Assembly: GCF_003945235.1 (NCBI RefSeq)
Contig: NZ_RSDW01000001.1
Coordinates: forward strand, 390,001-422,000
Source: Edaphobacter aggregans
GTDB lineage: Bacteria; Acidobacteriota; Terriglobia; Terriglobales; Acidobacteriaceae
DNA: 32,000 nucleotides
Direction: 5' to 3'
This document shows, in pieces, positions 23,933 to 32,000 of the stretch (position 1 is the first letter of the stretch; the number at the start of each line of letters is the position of its first letter). A model generated the notes under the pieces. It had not been told where the DNA came from. It made no database searches and saw nothing but the letters and a program-made list of their open reading frames with translations. The position numbers were made by a program, and so were the translations under genes.

Positions 23933-23933
23933 G

Positions 23934-25547
23934 TCAGTCTTGAAGATCTTCGCCTGTCATCTCGCTGGGTTGGTCGAGGTGGAGGAGTTTGAGGATAGTG
24001 GGAGAGATGTCGCGGAGGCTGCCGCCTGGTCGCAGGATTGCGTGATCGGAGGGAGTGGCATCCGGTGAGATCAGGATGAAGGGGACGGGATTGGTGGTGT
24101 GGGCGGTGTGGGGGCCACCGGTCAGCGGGTCGATGAGCATCTCGGCGTTGCCGTGGTCGGCGGTGACGAGGAGATTGCCTCCGCGCTGTTTGACGGCTTG
24201 GTAGATGCGGCCCAATTGGGTATCGACCGTTTCGACGGCGCGGATGGTGGGTTCGAGCTTGCCGGAGTGGCCAACCATGTCGGCGTTGGCGAAGTTGACG
24301 ATGATGACGTCGAAGGCGGTGTCGTTGACGGCTTTGACGACGGCGTCGGCGATGCCTGCGGCGGACATCTCGGGAGCGAGGTCGTAGGTGGCCACTTTCT
24401 GCGACGGGACTAGCGCACGGTCTTCGCCGGGGAATGGCTTTTCGATTCCGCCGTTGAAGAAGTAGGTGACGTGAGCGTACTTCTCGGTCTCGGCTACACG
24501 GAGGTTGCGGAGATTGGCGTCGGCCATGACGTTGGCTAGCAGGTTGTCCATCGACTCGGGCTGAATGACCAGTGGCAGGTTGAAGTTCTTGTCGTACTGG
24601 GTCATGCAAACGTAGTGGATGTTGTTCGGCGCTTGTGCGCGCGGGATTTCGAGTTCGAGTTCGGCGGCTTTAGGCAGATCGTTGGCGTTGGCTTCGGTCA
24701 GGCCGCCGGGCACGTCGCAGTTGCGGGCGAGAACGCGGGTGATTTGGCGGACGCGGTCAGCGCGGTAGTTGAAGTTGATGCAAACGTCGTTGTCGTGGAT
24801 GGGGCCGATGGGATTGCCGTGGGCGTCGATGACGGTGAAGGGTGGGATGAACTCGTCGGTGATCTCGTTATTGTAGAGCTCGCGGACACGAGCGAGGGGG
24901 TCGGTGTAGGTACCACCCTGTGGTGCTCCAGTGACCATGGCGTCGAAGGCCTGACGCTCTTTTTCCCAGCGGAGGTCGCGGTCCATGGCGTAGTAGCGGC
25001 CGGAGACAGAGGCTATCTGGCCGACACCGTACTCGCGTAACTGCTGCTCGAGGGCTTCGAGGTGGCCGAGGCCGCTGGTGGGCATGGTGTCGCGGCCGTC
25101 CATGAAGGCGTGAATGAAGACACGGGTGAGTTTGTGCTGCGCGGCGAGGCGCAGGAGCGCGTAGAGGTGGCGTTGGTGCGAGTGAACGCCGCCGTCGGAG
25201 AGGAGGCCGAAGAGGTGGAGGGCGCGATTGTCCTGATGGGCGAGGTGGATGGCATTAAGGAGGACAGGGTCGGTGTAGAAGGTACCATCGGCGACGGCGG
25301 TGTCGATGCGGGTGATGTCCATGCGGACGATACGCCCGGCGCCGAGGTTGAGGTGGCCGACCTCGGAGTTACCCATCTGGCCGTCGGGCAGCCCGACGAA
25401 GCGGTCGCTGGCGCGGATGAGGGTGTTGGGGTAGCTGGCAAGGAGCTTGTCGTAGATGGGCTTGCGGGCGAGGGCGATAGCGTTGCCGTGGGTCTCGGGG
25501 CGATAGCCCCAGCCGTCGAGGATGGTAAGGACGATGGGTTTTGGCAT
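23934..25547 (-). CDS. gpmI: 2,3-bisphosphoglycerate-independent phosphoglycerate mutase
   Basis: [31 protein letters not shown] (catalytic Ser region), [22 protein letters not shown] and [10 protein letters not shown]. Start taken at ATG 25547; the TTG at 25553 adds MH. Confidence 0.95.
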   Translation of the reverse strand: MPKPIVLTILDGWGYRPETHGNAIALARKPIYDKLLASYPNTLIRASDRFVGLPDGQMGNSEVGHLNLGAGRIVRMDITRIDTAVADGTFYTDPVLLNAIHLAHQDNRALHLFGLLSDGGVHSHQRHLYALLRLAAQHKLTRVFIHAFMDGRDTMPTSGLGHLEALEQQLREYGVGQIASVSGRYYAMDRDLRWEKERQAFDAMVTGAPQGGTYTDPLARVRELYNNEITDEFIPPFTVIDAHGNPIGPIHDNDVCINFNYRADRVRQITRVLARNCDVPGGLTEANANDLPKAAELELEIPRAQAPNNIHYVCMTQYDKNFNLPLVIQPESMDNLLANVMADANLRNLRVAETEKYAHVTYFFNGGIEKPFPGEDRALVPSQKVATYDLAPEMSAAGIADAVVKAVNDTAFDVIIVNFANADMVGHSGKLEPTIRAVETVDTQLGRIYQAVKQRGGNLLVTADHGNAEMLIDPLTGGPHTAHTTNPVPFILISPDATPSDHAILRPGGSLRDISPTILKLLHLDQPSEMTGEDLQD

Positions 25548-25591
25548 ATGCAAGTGTCAGGATAGCAAGAGTTGGCGGCGGCCTGAAGCGT

Positions 25592-26881
25592 CTAGGCATC
25601 ACAAAGCGAAAACACCAACTGGAAAGTCGTACCCTTTCGTTCTTCGCTGGCGACGGAAAGATCAGCGTGATGTATCTCCGCGATCCATTTCGCAATCGCA
25701 AGACCCAGCCCGGTGCCTTCGACCTGGCTGCGGGATGGGTCAGCGCGATAGAAACGATCAAAGATGTGCGGCAAATCTGTCTGCGCAATGCCGATACCGG
25801 TATCGCGCACCATCAGGGTTGCTTGTCCGGAAGCCGCACTCAGAACTACGTCTATTTGCCCTGGCGAATCCGTATATTTGAGCGCATTGTCGAGAAGCAC
25901 CCAAAGCATTCGACGAAGGCTTTGGAAGTCTCCCAGTACCGTCATCCATTGCTCGGAAGCGCAGGAGACCTCCAAAGCGAGCCCTCGAGCATCAGCTAGC
26001 GGACGCGCCATTCCACAGGCTTCTTCAACAACAGCAGTTAAGTCCACCGGCTCCAGGACTCCATCGAAGGTCACGGCATCCGCGCGAGCCAGAGTAAGCA
26101 TTTCTTCCAGCAGCACAGCGGCTTTGGCTGCCTCATCGGCTATATCTTCGAAGGCGCTTCGACTCTCCGGGTCCGCATGAGGATTCCGGAGTGCCACCCC
26201 GGCAACAGTGCGTGTAAACGACAGAGGACCGCGGAGTTCGTGCGAAGCATCGGCTGTAAACTGCTTGATCTGGTTTACAGCGGATTCCAATCGACCCAGC
26301 ATGGCATTGCAGGTCTCCGCCAGCCTTTGCAGCTCATCTCCGGAACTCGTCACAGGTATACGCTCTGAAAGATTCCTAATACTGATTGATCGGGCTGTCG
26401 CCGTTATTCGATCCACAGGCCGCAGCGCCCTACGGCTCACCCAATAACCGCCTGCCGACGAAATGAGCAATAGAATCGGAGCCGACGCTAAAAGGGCCCG
26501 CCAAAAGCTCTGAAGCACTACAAGGTTCCCCGCCTCGGGCGCTGCAGCAAGCAGAAACAGATGCTGCCCATTCAGCGAAAATGAACGTGCAAGTACCCAG
26601 TAGGGCTGTCCCGCAGATTCAATATGAACGAATCGCTCTAAATCATCCGAAGCGACGGTTGGCCAAGGAAACGCTGCCGCAGAGGTAGAAGGGGAAGGAT
26701 AAGCACGATGTCCGTCGGGGCGAAAGACTTCGGCAAGACCATTGCCCGTTGCGTGGGCAAAATCAGCGAAGTCCTGATAGCGTGCTGTCTCATCTTCGTC
26801 CTGATTCTTCTGCAGTAGCTCTTGCAGCCGATCAACACGCCTGGCGAGCGTCTGGTGGCGTTCTCCTGTGAGCGTCCGCTT
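25592..26881 (-). pseudogene. sensor histidine kinase lacking its N-terminus (TM1 and native start missing); HAMP-HisKA-HATPase_c intact
   Basis: H-box FTADASHELRGPL, N-box LLDNALKYT, G1 VRDTGIGI and G2 GTGLGLAIA are all present. The first ATG/GTG/TTG in frame is GTG 26518, which lies inside the second TM helix (LVVLQSFWRALLASAPILLLISSAGGYWV). The same frame stays open for another 132 codons, up to a stop at 26915-26917. Those codons encode a periplasmic-sensor-like sequence (LTGERHQTLARRVDRLQELL...YWVLARSFSLNGQHLFLLAAAPE) with no start codon or first TM segment. Confidence 0.7.
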
Positions 26882-26889
26882 CAGGTTGC

Positions 26890-27417
26890 GTGGATGGTCC
26901 CAGGCTCCGTTCTCTCATCGACCTACACACTGCAGCCAGCGACTTTGCACAGCGCACGCCGGCGATCGCAAGAATGCAGGCATCGAATCTGCTCGATCAC
27001 ATCGATAAAGCTCTCGAACAGATCGTGACACACCGATCGATTCCCGGAACTCCGAGCAAGCCCACTGACCGCGCACTCTTCCTGATCGGACACGATACCA
27101 ATCTATCGAACATAGGAGGCTTGCTCGATATGACATGGATTATCGACGGACGTCGCGACGATACTCCCCCGGGAGGAGCTCTCATCTTCGAGCTCTGGAA
27201 AAACCATAAGTATGATGGCTACTTTGTACGCATCTACTACACGGCACAAACCCTTGAGCAGATGCGGTCAACCATCATTCTTACACCGACTAATCCGCCT
27301 CAACGTGTACCCGTTTTTATCCCTGGCTGCAGCAAAGAAGATTTCTCCTGCACATGGCCAGCCTTCTCAGAAACCATCCGGAAGACAATTGATCCGCAAT
27401 ATGTAAGCCCAAAATAA
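26890..27417 (+). pseudogene. C-terminal fragment of a histidine acid phosphatase (AppA/phytase/Agp family); catalytic N-terminal half missing
   Basis: LFLIGHDTNLSNIGGLLDMTW...DDTPPGGALIFELW...YYTAQTLEQMR...IPGC...C is collinear with the C-terminal ~175 residues of E. coli AppA as I recall them (FIAGHDTNLANLGGALELNW...DNTPPGGELVFERW...QTLQQMR...LAGC). The frame opens only at 26872, after a TGA. The roughly 250 upstream residues that carry the RHGxRxP motif have no room, because that DNA encodes the kinase on the other strand. Confidence 0.7.
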
Positions 27418-27447
27418 GACTCCCTACTCGAAAAATGGATTCAAGCC

Positions 27448-27479
27448 AAAAAGAAGCCCCGGAATCAACCGGGGCTTCT
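27448..27479 (-). terminator. rho-independent terminator of pgi (possibly bidirectional)
   Basis: AGAAGCCCCGG-aatcaa-CCGGGGCTTCT forms an 11-bp stem. On the minus strand it is followed by TTTTT (27448-27452 minus the stem base) then GGCTTG. It lies 26 nt after the pgi stop and 35 nt after the stop of the phosphatase fragment. Confidence 0.75.
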
Positions 27480-27504
27480 CTTAATCCATAACTGACCAGC
27501 GGAA

Positions 27505-29136
27505 TTACTTGTTCTTTCTGTATCTCCGAATCAGGCTATTGGTCGAACTGTCATGACCCAGCTTCGGCTCGTCGGGGCTCTCCAGTTCGGGAACGATCTT
27601 CTGAGCCAGCACCTTGCCCAGCTCCACGCCCCACTGATCGAACGAGTCGATATTCCAGATCGCGCCCTGCGTAAACACCGCGTGCTCGTACAACGCCACC
27701 AACTTACCTAGCACCTCCGGCGTCAGCGTATCGGCCAGAATCGTATTCGAAGGACGATTGCCCTCGAACACCCGATGCGGCACCAACCAGTCCGGCGTAC
27801 CCTCGGCCTTCACCTGCTCCGGCGTCTTCCCGAATGCCAGTGCCTCGGCCTGCGCAAAAACATTCGCCATCAGCAGGTCATGATGATTCCCCAGCGGATT
27901 CAGCGTCTTGTAGAACCCAATGAAATCGCAAGGAATCAGCCGCGTCCCCTGATGAATGAGCTGATAGAACGAGTGCTGCCCATTCGTCCCCGGCTCGCCC
28001 CAGTAGATCGGCCCGGTCACGTAATTAACCTTCGTCCCCTCAAGCGTCACATGCTTGCCGTTCGACTCCATCGTCAACTGTTGCAGGTACGCCGGAAACC
28101 GTTTTAGATACTGCTCATACGGCAGAATCGCGACCGTCTGCGCATCGAAGAAGTCCGTATACCAAACCGTCAGCAACCCCAACAACACAGGCAGGTTCTT
28201 CTCAAACGGAGCCGTCCGGAAGTGCACATCCATCTCGTGAAATCCAGCCAGCATCGAGCGGAAGTTCTCCGGCCCAATCGCGATCATCGTCGACAACCCG
28301 ATCGCCGAATCCATCGAATATCGTCCGCCAACCCAATCCCAGAACCCGAACATGTTCTCTGTATCGATGCCGAACTTCGCGACCTCCTTGGCATTGGTCG
28401 AGATCGCGACAAAGTGCTTCGCTACCGCCTTCTCATCACCCAGCTTCGACAGCGACCAATCCCGCGCCGTATGCGCATTCGTCATCGTCTCCAGCGTAGT
28501 GAACGTCTTCGAGGCCACCAGAAACAGCGTCTCCTCCGCATCCAGATCCTGCACCGCCTCAGCAAAGTCCGTCCCATCCACATTGGACACGAACCGGAAC
28601 GTAAGATCGCGCTGGCTGTAATGCTTCAACGCCTCATACGCCATCACCGGCCCAAGATCCGATCCACCAATCCCGATGTTCACCACATTCCGAATCCGCT
28701 TGCCCGTATGGCCTTTCCAGGCTCCACTGCGCACCCGATCCGCAAACGCCGCCATCTTGTCGAGCACCGCGTGAACCCCCGGCACCACGTCCTCGCCGTC
28801 CGCAAAAATCGACTCGCCCTTAGGAGCCCGCAGCGCAACATGCAGCACCGCACGATTCTCCGTGATGTTGATCTTGTCCCCGCGGAACATCGCCTCAAGC
28901 TTCTCTCGCACACCGGACTCCTCTGCCAGCGCGACCAGAAGCCTCAAAGTCTCGTCAGTAATCCGGTGCTTCGAGTAGTCCAGAAAGATCCCGACCGCCT
29001 CAGCGGTAAAGCGCCCGCCCCGAGCCGCATCCTCCGCAAACAGCTCACGCAGATGTTTCCCCTGAATCTGCTCAAAATGGGCCTGAAGGGCCTTCCACGC
29101 CGCCCGTTCGCTAAGAGGTACGAGTTGTGTCGCCAT
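27505..29136 (-). CDS. pgi: glucose-6-phosphate isomerase
   Basis: Long-form PGI with [48 protein letters not shown] and ESNGK. Start taken at ATG 29136 ([17 protein letters not shown]); GTG 29166 is the longer alternative. Confidence 0.95.
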   Translation of the reverse strand: MATQLVPLSERAAWKALQAHFEQIQGKHLRELFAEDAARGGRFTAEAVGIFLDYSKHRITDETLRLLVALAEESGVREKLEAMFRGDKINITENRAVLHVALRAPKGESIFADGEDVVPGVHAVLDKMAAFADRVRSGAWKGHTGKRIRNVVNIGIGGSDLGPVMAYEALKHYSQRDLTFRFVSNVDGTDFAEAVQDLDAEETLFLVASKTFTTLETMTNAHTARDWSLSKLGDEKAVAKHFVAISTNAKEVAKFGIDTENMFGFWDWVGGRYSMDSAIGLSTMIAIGPENFRSMLAGFHEMDVHFRTAPFEKNLPVLLGLLTVWYTDFFDAQTVAILPYEQYLKRFPAYLQQLTMESNGKHVTLEGTKVNYVTGPIYWGEPGTNGQHSFYQLIHQGTRLIPCDFIGFYKTLNPLGNHHDLLMANVFAQAEALAFGKTPEQVKAEGTPDWLVPHRVFEGNRPSNTILADTLTPEVLGKLVALYEHAVFTQGAIWNIDSFDQWGVELGKVLAQKIVPELESPDEPKLGHDSSTNSLIRRYRKNK

Positions 29137-29341
29137 ACGCTGTGCTTCTCCTTTATTGATTCCCACTTTTTGATGCGTCGATAGGTAGGTGGTGTCGGGT
29201 TGTATCTTCTCACAGCATCAAACACGCCTGCATCCCAGCGATGCAACTACGACATCAACTTGCCGTAATCCCGTTTGTGCGTTTATCGTAGAAGGAGTAC
29301 GGCTATCGCGCACGCTCTTGATAGCCGCGGAAAGGGATTTC

Positions 29342-30214
29342 ATGAGCCTCACCGCCCGCCGCCCACTCCTCCCAGTCGATCCCCCCGCTGTACCTGCTCC
29401 CACGGCACCTGCCTCGCCCAAGCCCACCCCTGCCGCCGCCCTCGATGCCTTCACCGGCGACCCGAATTTTATGACGTCGCTTGCCCGCGGCCTCGTCGTC
29501 ATCCAGGCCTTCACCCAGCAGAACCCCCAGATGACCATCTCCCAGCTCAGCGTCCGCACTGGCCTCTCCCGAGCCGCTGTCCGCCGCTGCCTCTACACCC
29601 TCACCAAACTGGGCTTCGCCGGTGCAGAAGATGGCTCCCGCTACTCTCTCCGCCCGCGCATGCTCTCGCTCTCCAACACCTTCACCGCGACCAGCACCCT
29701 CTCCACGGCAGCCCAGCCCATCCTCGAGCGCATGTCCGCCGCCCTCCGCGAGTCCTTCTCCGTCGCCACCCTCGACGGTGAAGACATCGTCTACATCGCC
29801 CGCACCACCGTCGATCGAGTCATGGTCGCCGTCGATCTGCACATCGGCAGCCGCCTCCCCGCCTACTGCACCAGCATGGGCCGCGTCCTGCTCGCCTACC
29901 TGCCCAACGACCAACTCGAGCACTACCTCTCCCGCGTTAATCTGATCCCCCACACCACCCGCACCATCACCAGCGTCGAGAAGCTCCGCCTCGCCTTGCG
30001 CAACGTCCGCCGCAACGGCTACGCCCTCGTAGACCAGGAGCTCGAAGTCGGCCTGCGCTCCCTCGCCGTCCCCGTATACGCCCCCTCCGGCCGAGTCGTC
30101 GCCACCATCAACCTCAGCGGCAACGCGCCCCGCATGTCCGTCCTCGAGATGCAGACACGCTTCCTGCCCCACCTCCGCAACGCCGCCAACGAACTAGGAG
30201 TCTTCCTCCGCTAA
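29342..30214 (+). CDS. IclR family transcriptional regulator, PcaR/PcaU-like
   Basis: FTGDPNFMTSLARGLVVIQAF...ISQLSVRTGLSRAAVRRCLYTLTKLGF...GSRLPAYCTSMGRVLLA...VDQELEVGLRSLAVPVY is collinear with Pseudomonas PcaR as I recall it (FTGDPDFMTSLARGLAVIQAF...GGRLPAYCTSMGRILLA...VDQELEQGLRSIAVPVY). Start set at ATG 29342 (MSLTARRP); the 51 upstream codons of the ORF track run into the pgi promoter region. Confidence 0.85.
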   Translation: MSLTARRPLLPVDPPAVPAPTAPASPKPTPAAALDAFTGDPNFMTSLARGLVVIQAFTQQNPQMTISQLSVRTGLSRAAVRRCLYTLTKLGFAGAEDGSRYSLRPRMLSLSNTFTATSTLSTAAQPILERMSAALRESFSVATLDGEDIVYIARTTVDRVMVAVDLHIGSRLPAYCTSMGRVLLAYLPNDQLEHYLSRVNLIPHTTRTITSVEKLRLALRNVRRNGYALVDQELEVGLRSLAVPVYAPSGRVVATINLSGNAPRMSVLEMQTRFLPHLRNAANELGVFLR

Positions 30215-30222
30215 CCAAATCA

Positions 30223-31125
30223 TCACGGAGCCGGAGCAAAACACCGCACAAACGAAGCCCCCCGCTCCGCTTCCACAACCACCTCTGCAAACCCCTTCGG
30301 AATCACCACCGCCTGCCCCGGCACCAACTCCACTTCATCACCCGGAGTAATCACCGAAACCGTCCCCTTCAACCCCACCAGGCAGCCCTGCCCCTCCATC
30401 GACACCCTTGCCTCGTCCATCTTGCCCAGCTCAAATCGATCTACGGCAAAATACTTCTGCTCAATCAACCGAGTAAACCCATTCATCTCCTTGGGCTTCA
30501 CCTTCCCAGCCTGCGTCTTCGCCTTCATCACAGCAAGCCCCTTCTCGAGATGCAACTCTCGCGGCCGCCCATAATCGTAAAGCCGGTAGGTAACATCACT
30601 CGTCTGCTGCGTCTCAAGCAACACGACTCCAGGCCCAATCGCATGCACCGTCCCCGCATCCACAAACAGCATGTCCCCTACCTCTACAGGCACCCACTCC
30701 ATCAACGACTCCATCGTTCCGTTGGCGATCGCCGCTGCAACCTGCTCCTTCCCCGCACCGTCCTTCAGTCCCAGGGCGACAGCAGCTCCCGGCTCAGCCT
30801 CCAGCACATACCAGCACTCCGTCTTCCCTCGAACCTCCCCAAAGGTCTTCGCCTGCGCATCGTCAGGATGCACCTGCACCGAAAGCTTCTCATTCGGAAA
30901 CAGCAGCTTCACCAGCAGCGGAAACTCCCCGCCCAACTCCTGCGCCACCGAAGCAAACGACCGCCCTTCCAACTCCCCGGTCTCCACCACACACTCGGGG
31001 CCCGTCAGCCAGGCCTCTCCCACTAATTCTTTCGTTCCCGTATCCGCATACCACGGCCGCAGATCCCGCTTTCCCCACACCCGCTCACTAAACCACGGCT
31101 TCAACCGAAACGGCGCCAAATCCAT
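30223..31125 (-). CDS. manA: class I mannose-6-phosphate isomerase (cupin type)
   Basis: KPWFSERVWGKRDL, FPLLVKLLFPNEKLSVQVHPDD (zinc-ligand region), ECWYVLEA, and VDAGTVHAIGPG. 300 aa. Confidence 0.85.
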   Translation of the reverse strand: MDLAPFRLKPWFSERVWGKRDLRPWYADTGTKELVGEAWLTGPECVVETGELEGRSFASVAQELGGEFPLLVKLLFPNEKLSVQVHPDDAQAKTFGEVRGKTECWYVLEAEPGAAVALGLKDGAGKEQVAAAIANGTMESLMEWVPVEVGDMLFVDAGTVHAIGPGVVLLETQQTSDVTYRLYDYGRPRELHLEKGLAVMKAKTQAGKVKPKEMNGFTRLIEQKYFAVDRFELGKMDEARVSMEGQGCLVGLKGTVSVITPGDEVELVPGQAVVIPKGFAEVVVEAERGASFVRCFAPAP

Positions 31126-31203
31126 CCCTCTCTCCTAAAAGCACTCACAAGAAGCATATCTGCTTCGAAGCCAGATCACCGCAACCATACCTATTCTCTA
31201 TCC

Positions 31204-32000
31204 CTAATCATCATCGTCATCTTTCTTAGCCTTCTTCCGACGTTCCTTCAACTGTGCCGGAACAGGCTTATCCCCCATCGCATCCTGCCACAGAATGACG
31301 TTCAACTTCTGAGCATCCGCTCGATCCGCATGACGAAAATCCATCTTGCTCGATTCCTTCGCACCGGGAGCCGTCTTCGCATTCGCCGTATAGATCAACC
31401 CATTGTCGCGATTCATATAGTTTGCAGTAAATGGCGCCTGATCACCCGGCCCCGTAAACATCGATTCCATCGCACTACTGAACGCATCATTATTGTTCAT
31501 CGGCGGCAGGCCCAGCACCATCTCCATCGTCCGAACCATCGACACCGTCGTATAGAATCGGCTATCCACGAACGCCCCGCCATCAACTGCTCTCGGCGAG
31601 TACTTGCTCACAACCAAAGCCAGACTCCGATGAGCATCCACATGGTCTGCGCCGTTCTGCGCATCATCCTCCAGAATGAAGAACGCTGTGTCGTCCCAAT
31701 AAGGCGAGTGCGAAATCGCATCTACCGCACGCCCAATCGCCAGATCGTTATCCGCAACCGAAGACTTCGGCGTCGGCGAACCCGGCGTTGTCCCCGCCGT
31801 ATGATCATTCGGGAACCGCAGCATCACGAAGTTCGGCATCGTATCCTTGCCCGCCTGCTTATCCGCGACCCATCCCTTCAAGTGCCGCAGAAAAACCTCC
31901 GCCCGAATCTGGTCCGGAACCTTCAAATTAAAATCCGCCTGCTCCTCAGCGTAGTGCCCCACTAACTCCGGCTTCGTGGCCACATTGCGAGCCAGCAGCG
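31204..32000 (-). CDS. phosphoesterase-family protein (PLC/AcpA-type, alkaline-phosphatase-superfamily C-terminal part); partial, 5' end beyond the window
   Basis: PNFVMLRFPNDHTAG...VADNDLAIGRAVDAISHSPYWDDTAFFILEDDAQNGADHVDAHRS matches the phosphoesterase (PF04185-like) core as I recall it. The frame stays open to position 32000, so the ORF-track start at 31983 is only the first in-window start codon. The C-terminal tail is KKAKKDDDDD. Confidence 0.75.
   Translation of the reverse strand, partial: LLARNVATKPELVGHYAEEQADFNLKVPDQIRAEVFLRHLKGWVADKQAGKDTMPNFVMLRFPNDHTAGTTPGSPTPKSSVADNDLAIGRAVDAISHSPYWDDTAFFILEDDAQNGADHVDAHRSLALVVSKYSPRAVDGGAFVDSRFYTTVSMVRTMEMVLGLPPMNNNDAFSSAMESMFTGPGDQAPFTANYMNRDNGLIYTANAKTAPGAKESSKMDFRHADRADAQKLNVILWQDAMGDKPVPAQLKERRKKAKKDDDDD

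Noticed and set aside
23884-24609. 241-aa ORF in an alternative minus-strand frame inside gpmI
   Set aside because: The translation is extremely Arg/Pro/His-rich ([25 protein letters not shown]). gpmI in the other frame is full-length and conserved.
28222-29184. 320-aa plus-strand ORF antisense to pgi
   Set aside because: It is a shadow ORF. pgi on the minus strand carries all conserved PGI motifs, and the antisense product is Arg/His/Leu-rich with no recognisable features.
29303-30172. 289-aa minus-strand ORF antisense to the IclR regulator (similar cases at 11604-12287 and 12942-13607)
   Set aside because: The translations are Gly/Ala/Glu/Asp-rich mirror images of well-supported genes (iclR, yebC, lysA). 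No independent start context was found.
1-32000. Scan for tRNA, rRNA, CRISPR repeats, IS elements, integrases, toxin-antitoxin or known defence-system genes
   Set aside because: I saw no periodic direct repeats with spacers, no cloverleaf-like conserved tRNA arms, and no transposase, integrase or nuclease-like ORFs by eye. tRNAscan, Infernal or defence-finder tools would be needed to exclude them formally.

Overview
This is a GC-rich chromosomal window. Gene content and protein style suggest an Acidobacteriota (Terriglobia-like) genome; that is an inference and was not checked against any database. Positions 1-7.5 kb hold a compact minus-strand flagellar cluster: flgF-flgG-flgA-flgH-flgI-flgJ(rod-binding domain only)-flgM-(small ORF in the FlgN slot)-flgK-flgL. 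Reading the intergenic DNA gives three promoter candidates: a sigma54-type element that abuts the flgF ATG, a near-consensus sigma28 promoter in front of flgM, and a sigma28-like promoter driving a divergent single-domain CheY whose start I move to a TTG. The remainder is mostly housekeeping or conserved genes: ftcD-like formimidoyltransferase, PagL-like OMP, yebC, lysA, dnaX-ybaB-recR, gpmI, pgi, manA, a secreted metallophosphoesterase and a partial phosphoesterase. These are interleaved with hypothetical genes: a Zn-ribbon/PspC protein, a secreted-protein/MarR/membrane-protein cassette, TPR proteins, a DinB-like protein, a Ser-rich repeat protein and a SET-domain protein. The clearest structural anomaly is at about 26.88-26.90 kb. 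There, an N-terminally truncated sensor histidine kinase (minus) and an N-terminally truncated AppA/phytase-type histidine acid phosphatase (plus) meet head to head, which looks like a deletion scar. I saw no tRNA, rRNA, CRISPR array, transposase, integrase or recognisable defence system. I do not find convincing evidence for a novel multi-gene system here. The findings are regulatory and structural oddities that need experimental or database confirmation. The ORF track takes the longest ATG/GTG/TTG ORF, so several starts were trimmed using homology and Shine-Dalgarno context.
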